Positions 55,201 to 64,000 of a stretch of 64,000 nucleotides of DNA are shown here, one piece after another. The stretch's first letter is position 1, and the number at the start of each line of letters is the position of its first letter. Both the position numbers and the translations under genes were made by a program. The notes beneath the pieces were generated by a model. That model searched no databases. It saw only the letters and a list, made by a program, of their open reading frames with translations, and was not told where the DNA came from. This stretch comes from Eledone cirrhosa (lineage: Eukaryota), in assembly GCA_964016885.1 (NCBI GenBank), contig OZ024743.1, forward strand, positions 206,274,001 through 206,338,000, in the 5' to 3' direction.

Positions 55201-58200
55201 CGCCTGATTTTTTTTTAAAATTATCTCCCCTTGGACGGCTGGAAATTATCTCCCCTTGGACGGCTGGAAATTATCTCCCCTTGAACGGCTAGAAATTACC
55301 TCTCCTTGGACGGCTGAAAATTATCTCCCCTTGGACGGCTGGAAATTATCTCCCCTTGATTTTTTTACAAATTATCTCCCCCTGATTTTTTTTTTACAAA
55401 TTATCTCCGCCTGATTTTTTTTTAAAATTATCTCCCCTTGGACGGCTGGAAATTATCTCCCCTTGGACGGCTGGAAATTATCTCCCCTTGATTTTTTTTT
55501 CCAAATTATCTCCCCCTGATTTTTTTTTTACAAATTATCTACCCCTGATTTTTTTTTCAAATTATCTCCCCCTGATTTTTTTTACAAATTATCTCCCCCT
55601 GATTTTTTCTTACAAATTATCTCCCCCCGATTTTTTTACAAATTATCTCCCCCTGATTTTTTTTACAAATTATCTCCGCCTGATTTTTTTTAATATTATC
55701 TTCCCTTGGCTGGCGGGAAATTATCTCCCCTTGGACGGCTGGAAATTATCTCCCCTTGGAAGGATGGAAATTATCTCCCCTTGGACGGCTGGAAATTATC
55801 TCCCCTTGCACTGCTGGAAATTATCTCCCCTTGGACGGCTGGAATATATCTGCCCTTGATTTTGTTTTTACAAATTATCTTCCCCTGATTTTTTTACAAA
55901 TTATCTCCACCTAATTTTTTTTACAAATTATCTCCCCCTGATTTTTTTTTACAAATTATCTCCCCCTGATTTTTTTACAAATTATCTCCCCTTGGCTGGC
56001 TGGCAATTATCTCCCCTTGGAGGCTGGAATTTATCTCCCCTTGGACGGCTGGAAATTATCTCCCCTTGGACGGCTAGAAATTACCTCTCCTTGTACGGCT
56101 GGAAATTATCTCCCCTTGAACGGCTGGAAATTATCTCCCCTTGGACGGCTGGAAATTATCTCCCCTTGGACGGCTGGAAATTACCTCTCCTTGGACGGCT
56201 GGAAATTATCTCCCCTTGGACGGCTGGAAATTATCTCCCCTTGGACGGCTGGAAATTATTTCCCCTTGATTTTTTTTACAAATTATCTCCCCCTGATTTT
56301 TTTTACAAATTATCTCCGCCTGATTTTTTAAAATATCTTCCCTTGGCTGGCGGGAAATTATCTCCCCTTGGACGCCTGGAAATTATCTCCCCTTGGAAGG
56401 ATGGAAATTATCTCCCCTTGGACGGCTGGAAATTATCTCCCCTTGCACTGCTGGAAATTATCTCCCCTTGGACGGCTGGAAATTATCTGCCCTTGATTTT
56501 GTTTTTACAAATTATCTTCCCCTGATTTTTTTTACAAATTATCTCCACCTGATTTTTAAAAAAATTATCTCCCCTTGGCTGGAAATTTTCTCCCCTTGGA
56601 CGATTAGAAATTATCTCTCTTTGGACGGCTGGAAATTATCTCCCCTTGATTTTTTTTACAAATTATCTCCCCCTGATTTTTTTTACAAATCTCCCAGTGA
56701 TTTTTTAAAAAAAATTATCTCCCCTTCGCTGGCTGGAAATTATCTCCCCTTGGACGCTGGAAATTATAGCCCCTTGGAAGGCTGGAAGTTATCTTCCCTT
56801 GGAGGGCTGGAAATTATCTTCCCTTGGACGGCTGGAAATTATCTCCCCTTGATTTTTTTTACAAATTATCTCCCCCTGATTTTTTTTTACAAATTATCTC
56901 CCCCTGATTTTTTTTTACAAATTATCTCCTGATTTTTTTTACAAATTATCTCCCCTTGGCTGGCTGGAAATTATCTCCCCTTGGAGGCTGGAATTTATCT
57001 CCCCTTGGACGGCTAGAAATTACCTCTCCTTGGACGGCTGAAAATTATCTCCCCTTGATTTTTTTTACGAATTATCTCCCCCTGATTTTTTTTTTTACAA
57101 ATTATCTCCCCCTGATTTATTTTACAAATTATCTCCGCCTGATTTTTTTAAATATTATCTTCCCTTGGCTGGCGGGAAATTATCTCCCCTTGGACGGCTG
57201 GAAACTATCTCCCCTTGGACAGCTGGAAATTATCTGCCCTTGATTTTGTTTTTACAAATTATCTCTCCCTGATTTTTTTTACAAATTATCTCCACCTGAT
57301 TTTTTAAAAAATTATCTCCCCTTGGACGGCTGGAAATTATCTCCCCTTGGACGGCTGGAAATTATTTCCCCTTGATTTTTTTTACAAATTATCTCCCCCT
57401 GATTTATTTTACAAATTATCTCCGCCTGATTTTTTTAAATATTATCTTCCCTTGGCTGGCGGGAAATTATCTCCCCTTGGACGGCTGGAAACTATCTCCC
57501 CTTGGACAGCTGGAAATTATCTGCCCTTGATTTTGTTTTTACAAATTATCTCCCCCTGATTTTTTTTACAAATTATCTCCACCTGATTTTTAAAAAAATT
57601 ATCTCCTCTTGGACGGCTGGAAATTATCTCCCGTTGGCTGCAAATTATCTCCCCTTGGACGGCTAGAAATTACCTCTCTTTGGACGGCTGGAAATTATCT
57701 TCCCTTGATTTTTTTTACAAATTATCTCCCCCTGATTTTTTTTACAAATCTCCCAGTGATTTTTAAAAAAAAATTATCTCCCCTTCGCTGGCTGGAAATT
57801 ATCTCCCCTTGGACGCTGGAAATTATAGCCCCTTGGAGGGCTGGAAATTATCTTCCCTTGGACGGCTGGAAATTATCTCCCCTTGATTTTTTTTACATAT
57901 TATCTCCCCCTGATTTTTTTTTACAAATTATCTCCCCGATTTTTTTCTACAAATTATCTCCCCCTGATTTTTTTTTTACAAATTATCTCCGCCTGATTTT
58001 TTAAAAAAAATTATCTCCCCTTGGACGGCTGGAAATTATCTCCCCTTGGACGGCTGGAAATTATCTCCCCTTGATTTTTTTACAAATTATCTCCCTCTGA
58101 TTTTTTTTTACAAATTATCTCCCCCTGATTTTTTTTTACAAATTATCTCCCCCTGATTTTTTTTTACAAATTATCTCCCCCTGATTTTTTTACAAATTAT

Positions 58201-61200
58201 CTCCCCTTGGCTGGCTGGCAATTATCTCCCCTTGGAGGCTGGAATTTATCTCCCCTTGGACGGCTGGAAATTATCTCCCCTTGGACGGCTAGAAATTACC
58301 TCTCCTTGTACGGCTGGAAATTATCTCCCCTTGAACGGCTGGAAATTATCTCCCCTTGGACGGCTGGAAATTATCTCCCCTTGGACGGCTGGAAATTACC
58401 TCTCCTTGGACGGCTGGAAATTATCTCCCCTTGGACGGCTGGAAATTATCTCCCCTTGGACACTGGAAATTATTTCCCCTTGATTTTTTTTACAAATTAT
58501 CTCCCCCTGATTTTTTTTACAAATCTCCCCCTAATTTAAAAAAAAATTATCTCCCCTTCGCTGGCTGGAAATTATCTCCCTTTGGACGGCTTGAAATTAT
58601 AGCTGCTTGTAGGGCTGGAAATTATCTCCCCTTGGACGGCTGGAAATTACCTTTCCTTCGACGGCTGAAAATTATCTCCCCTTGGACGGCTGGAAATTAT
58701 CTCCCCCTGATTTTTTTTTACAAATTATCTCCGCCTGATTTTTTTTTAAAAATTATCTCCCCTTGGCTGGATGGAAATTTTCTCCCCTTGGACGGCTGGA
58801 AATTATCTCCCCTTTATGTTTTCTACAAATTATCTACCCCTGATTTTTTTTTTACGAATTATCTCTCCCTGATTTTTTTTACAAATATCTCCCCTTGGCT
58901 GGCTGGAAATTATCTCCCCTTGGCTGGCTGGAAATTATCTCCCCTTGGACGGCTGGAAATTATCTCCCCTTGGACGCCTAGAAATCACCTCTACTTGGAC
59001 AGCTGTAAATTATCTCCCCTTGGACGGCTGGAAATTATCTCCCCTTGATTTTGTATACAAATTATCTCCCCCTGATTTTTTTTTACAAATTAACTGCCCC
59101 TGATTATTTTTTTACAAATTAGCTCCGCCTGATTTTTTTTTAAAATTATCTCCCCTTGGACGGCTGGAAATTATCTCCCCTTGGACGGCTGGAAATTATC
59201 TCCCCTTGAACGGCTAGAAATTACCTCTCCTTGGACGGCTGAAAATTATCTCCCCTTGGACGGCTGGAAATTATCTCCCCTTGATTTTTTTACAAATTAT
59301 CTCCCCCTGATTTTTTTTTTACAAATTATCTCCGCCTGATTTTTTTTTAAAATTATCTCCCCTTGGACGGCTGGAAATTATCTCCCCTTGGACGGCTGGA
59401 AATTATCTCCCCTTGATTTTTTTTTCCAAATTATCTCCCCCTGATTTTTTTTTTACAAATTATCTACCCCTGATTTTTTTTTCAAATTATCTCCCCCTGA
59501 TTTTTTTACAAATTATCTCCCCCTGATTTTTTTTACAAATTATCTCCGCCTGATTTTTTTAAATATTATCTTCCCTTGGCTGGCGGGAAATTATCTCCCC
59601 TTGGACGGCTGGAAATTATCTCCCCTTGGAAGGATGGAAATTATCTCCCCTTGGACGGCTGGAAATTATCTCCCCTTGCACTGCTGGAAATTATCTCCCC
59701 TTGGACGGCTGGAATATATCTGCCCTTGATTTTGTTTTTACAAATTATCTTCCCCTGATTTTTTTACAAATTATCTCCACCTGATTTTTTTTTACAAATT
59801 ATCTCCCCCTGATTTTTTTTTACAAATTATCTCCCCCTGATTTTTTTACAAATTATCTCCCCTTGGCTGGCTGGCAATTATCTCCCCTTGGAGGCTGGAA
59901 TTTATCTCCCCTTGGACGGCTGGAAATTATCTCCCCTTGGACGGCTAGAAATTACCTCTCCTTGTACGGCTGGAAATTATCTCCCCTTGAACGGCTGGAA
60001 ATTATCTCCCCTTGGACGGCTGGAAATTATCTCCCCTTGGACGGCTGGAAATTACCTCTCCTTGGACGGCTGGAAATTATCTCCCCTTGGACGGCTGGAA
60101 ATTATCTCCCCTTGGACGGCTGGAAATTATTTCCCCTTGATTTTTTTTACAAATTATCTCCCCCTGATTTTTTTTACAAATTATCTCCGCCTGATTTTTT
60201 AAAATATTATCTTCCCTTGGCTGGCGGGAAATTATCTCCCCTTGGACGCCTGGAAATTATCTTCCCTTGGAAGGATGGAAATTATCTCCCCTTGGACGGC
60301 TGGAAATTATCTCCCCTTGCACTGCTGGAAATTATCTCCCCTTGGACGGCTGGAAATTATCTGCCCTTGATTTTGTTTTTACAAATTATCTTCCCCTGAT
60401 TTTTTTTACAAATTATCTCCACCTGATTTTAAAAAAAATTATCTCCCCTTGGCTGGAAATTTTCTCCCCTTGGACGATTAGAAATTATCTCTCTTTGGAC
60501 GGCTGGAAATTATCTCCCCTTGATTTTTTTTACAAATTATCTCCCCCTGATTTTTTTTACAAATCTCCCAGTGATTTTTTAAAAAAAATTATCTCCCCTT
60601 CGCTGGCTGGAAATTATCTCCCCTTGGACGCTGGAAATTATAGCCCCTTGGAAGGCTGGAAGTTATCTTCCCTTGGAGGGCTGGAAATTATCTTCCCTTG
60701 GACGGCTGGAAATTATCTCCCCTTGATTTTTTTTACAAATTATCTCCCCCTGATTTTTTTTTACAAATTATCTCCCCCTGATTTTTTTTTACAAATTATC
60801 TCCTGATTTTTTTTACAAATTATCTCCCCTTGGCTGGCTGGAAATTATCTCCCCTTGGAGGCTGGAATTTATCTCCCCTTGGACGGCTAGAAATTACCTC
60901 TCCTTGGACGGCTGAAAATTATCTCCCCTTGATTTTTTTTACGAATTATCTCCCCCTGATTTTTTTTTTTACAAATTATCTCCCCCTGATTTATTTTACA
61001 AATTATCTCCGCCTGATTTTTTTAAATATTATCTTCCCTTGGCTGGCGGGAAATTATCTCCCCTTGGACGGCTGGAAACTATCTCCCCTTGGACAGCTGG
61101 AAATTATCTGCCCTTGATTTTGTTTTTACAAATTATCTCCCCCTGATTTTTTTTACAAATTATCTCCACCTGATTTTTTAAAAAATTATCTCCTCTTGGA

Positions 61201-64000
61201 CGGCTGGAAATTATCTCCCCTTGGCTGGAAATTATCTCCCCTTGGACGGCTAGAAATTATCTCTCTTTGGACGGCTGGAAATTATCTCCCTTTGATTTTT
61301 TTTACAAATTATCTCCCTCTGATTTTTTTTACAAATCTCCCCTTGATTTTTTAAAAAAATTATCTCCCCTTCGCTGGCTGGAAATTATCTCCCCTTGGAC
61401 ACTGGAAATTATAGACCCTTGGAGGGCTGGAAATTATCTTCCCTTGGACGGCTGGAAATTATCTCCTTTGATTTTTTTCACAAATTATCTCCCCCTGATT
61501 TTTTTTTACAAATTATCTCCGCCTGATTTTTTTAAAAAAATTATCTCCCCTTGGCTGGATGGAAATTTTCTCCCCTTGGACGGCTGGAAATTATCTCCCC
61601 TTTATGTCTTCTACAAATTATCTGGCCCTGATTTTTTTTACAAATTATCTCTCCCTGATTTTTTTTACAAATCTCCCCTTGATTTTTTTAAAAAATTATC
61701 TCCCCTTCGCTGGCTGGAAATTATCTCCCCTTGGACACTGGAAATTATAGACCCTTGGAGGGCTGGAAATTATCTTCCCTTGGACGGCTGGAAATTATCT
61801 CCTCTTGATTTTTTTTACAAATTATCTCCCCCTGATTTTTTTTTTCAAATTATCTCCGCCTGATTTTTTTTTAAAAATTATCTCCCCTTGGCTGGATGGA
61901 AATTTTCTCCCCTTGGCCGGCTGGAAATTATTTCCCCTTGGCTGGAAATTATCTCCCCTTGGACGGCTAGAAATTATCTCTCTTTGGACGGCTGGAAATT
62001 ATCTCCCCTTGATTCTTTTTACAAATTATCTCCCCCTGATTTTTTTTACAAATCTCCCAGTGATTTTTAAAAAAAAATTATCTCCCCTTCGCTGGCTGGA
62101 AATTATCTCCCCTTGGACGCTGGAAATTATAGCCCCTTGGAGGCTGGAAATTATCTTCCCTTGGACGGCTGGAAATTATCTCCACTTGATTTTTTTTACA
62201 AATTATCTCCCCCTGATTTTTTTTTACAAATTATCTCCCCCTGATTTTTTTTTTACAAATTATCTCCGCCTGATTTTTTTAAAAAAATTATCACCCCTTG
62301 GACGGCTGGAAATTATCTCCCCTTGGACGGCTGGAAATGATCTCCACTTGGACGGCTAGAAATTACCTCTCCTTGGACGGCTGAAAATTATCTCCCCTTG
62401 ATTTTTTTTACGAATTATCTCCCCCTGATTTTTTTTTTTACAAATTATCTCCCCCTGATTTTATTTTACATATTATCTACCCCTGATTTTTTTTACAAAT
62501 TATCTCCCCCTGATTTTTTTTTTACAAATTATCTGCCCCTGATTTTTTTACAAATTATCTCCCACTGATTTATTTTACAAATTATCTCCGCCTGATTTTT
62601 TTAAATATTATCTTCCCTTGGCTGGCGGGAAATTATCTCCCCTTGGACGGCTGGAAACTATCTCCCCTTGGACAGCTGGAAATTATCTGCCCTTGATTTT
62701 GTTTTTACAAATTATCTCCCCCTGATTTTTTTTACAAATTATCTCCACCTGATTTTTTAAAAAATTATCTCCCCTTGGACGGCTGGAAATTATCTCCCCT
62801 TGGCTGGAAATTATCTCCCCTTGGACGGCTAGAAATTATCTCTCTTTGGACGGCTGGAAATTATCTCCCTTTGATTTTTTTTACAAATTATCTCCCTCTG
62901 ATTTTTTTTACAAATCTCCCCTTGATTTTTTAAAAAAATTATCTCCCCTTTGCTGGCTGGAAATTATCTCCCCTTGGACACTGGAAATTATAGACCCTTG
63001 GAGGGCTGGAAATTATCTTCCCTTGGACGGCTGGAAATTATCTCCTCTTGATTTTTTTTACAAATTATCTCCCCCTGATTTTTTTTTACAAATTATCTCC
63101 GCCTGATTTTTTTTTAAAAATTATCTCCCCTTGGCTGGATGGAAATTTTCTCCCCTTGGACGGCTGGAAATTATCTCCCCTTTATGTCTTCTACAAATTA
63201 TCTGGCCCTGATTTTTTTTTACAAATTATCTCTCCCTGATTTTTTTTACAAATATCTCCCCTTGGCTGGCTGGAAATTATCTCCCCTTCGCTGGCTGGAA
63301 ATTATCTCCCATTGGACGGCTGGAAATTATCTCCCCTTGGACGCCTAGAAATTACCTCTCCTTGGACAGCTGTAAATTATCTCCCCTTGGACGGCTGGAA
63401 ATTATCTCGCCTTGGACGGCTGGAAATTATCTCCCCTTGATTTTGTATACAAATTATCTCCCCCTGATTTTTTTTTACAAATTATCTGCCCCTGATTATT
63501 TTTTTACAAATTAGCTCCGCCTGATTTTTTTTAAAAATTATCTCCCCTTGGACGGCTGGAAATTATCTCCCCTTGGACGGCTGGAAATTATCTCCCCTTG
63601 AACGGCTAGAAATTACCTCTCCTTGGACGGCTTAAAATTATCTCCCCTTGGACGGCTGGAAATTATCTCCCCTTGATTTTTTTACAAATTATCTCCCCCT
63701 GATTTTTTTTTACAAATTATCTCCCCCTGATTTTTTTTTACAAATTATCTACCCCTGATTTTTTTTCCAAATTATCTCCCCCTGATTTTTTTTTACAAAT
63801 TATCTCCCCCTGATTTTTTTTTACAAATTATCTCCCCCTGATTTTTTTACAAATTATCTCCCCTTGGCTGGCTGGAAATTATCTCCCCTTGGAGACTGGA
63901 ATTTATCTCCCCTTGGACGGCTGGAAATTATCTCCCCTTGGACGGCTAGAAATTACCTCTCCTTGGACGGCTGGAAATTATCTCCCCTTGAACGGCTGGA

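Larger units (their letters stand above)
40722..63343 (+). repeat. ~11.5/11.0-kb near-identical tandem duplication (copy 1 40722-52304, copy 2 52273-63343)
   Basis: Offsets of 11551 (41124/52675), 11526-11530 (41699/53225 to 46079/57609), then 11039 (47168/58207 to 52100/63139). The match starts after the C/A mismatch at 40721/52272 and ends before the G/C mismatch at 52305/63344. Confidence 0.92.
1..64000 (+). repeat. Composite tandem satellite array (25-bp type A and ~27-bp type B monomers sharing a 13-bp core); runs off both window ends
   Basis: Seen directly: AAATTATCTCCCC or a close variant recurs every 21-30 bp from start to end, always in the same orientation. I saw no unique insert or inversion. 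Confidence 0.99.

Noticed and set aside
31-63348. The many plus-strand ORFs (60-319 aa, e.g. 18924-19883) as repetitive protein genes
   Set aside because: The 25-bp A monomer has no stop in any plus-strand frame and cycles through all three (DGWKLSPL/GRLEIISPW/TAGNYLPL). Starts are mostly the TTG of the repeat, ORFs overlap in several frames, and T-tract indels break them differently between copies. The minus strand has no ORFs because every core supplies TAA.
1-64000. CRISPR array (constant repeat plus variable spacer)
   Set aside because: The core is only 13 bp, the 'spacers' are 12-17 bp and fall into two homologous classes instead of being unique, and there is no leader or cas gene.
1-64000. 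Long-unit telomeric repeat like the 23-25-bp repeats of Candida/Kluyveromyces
   Set aside because: Two alternating monomer types and multi-kb HORs with inherited variants indicate recombinational amplification rather than telomerase templating. I recognise no match to a known telomere unit.
1-64000. Stable G-quadruplex or i-motif array from the G4-5/C4-5 runs
   Set aside because: The runs are separated by ~21-nt loops, far longer than canonical; not supportable without experiment.
1-64000. Plasmid iterons, integron attC array, or synthetic/data-storage DNA
   Set aside because: There is no rep, integrase or cassette ORF and no attC-like inverted structure. The nested duplications with shared point variants look like natural satellite evolution.

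Overview
The whole 64-kb window is one uninterrupted, head-to-tail composite satellite DNA array of roughly 2,400-2,500 monomers (estimate: 64,000/~26). It is most plausibly eukaryotic heterochromatic or (peri)centromeric DNA; I cannot identify the taxon or name the family. Nearly every monomer carries the same 13-bp core, AAATTATCTCCCC, followed by one of two alternative tails. Type A has TTGG-ACGG-CTGG (25 bp, 52% GC). Type B has CTGA-T(7-11)-AC (usually 27 bp, ~30% GC). Runs of A and B alternate like a two-letter code. Diagnostic variants show nested higher-order duplications at about 0.3, 0.5, 1.6, 4.4, 5.0, 7.5, 11.5 and 14.8 kb. I see no supportable protein-coding gene, RNA gene, transposon, CRISPR array or unique sequence: the ORF track is an artefact of the stop-free 25-bp monomer. 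The best leads are structural: the shared-core two-monomer grammar, a constant-length sliding T(n)A(m) junction, a datable hierarchy of duplications, and a GATA motif in almost every monomer. I cannot support a claim of a new coding system here.
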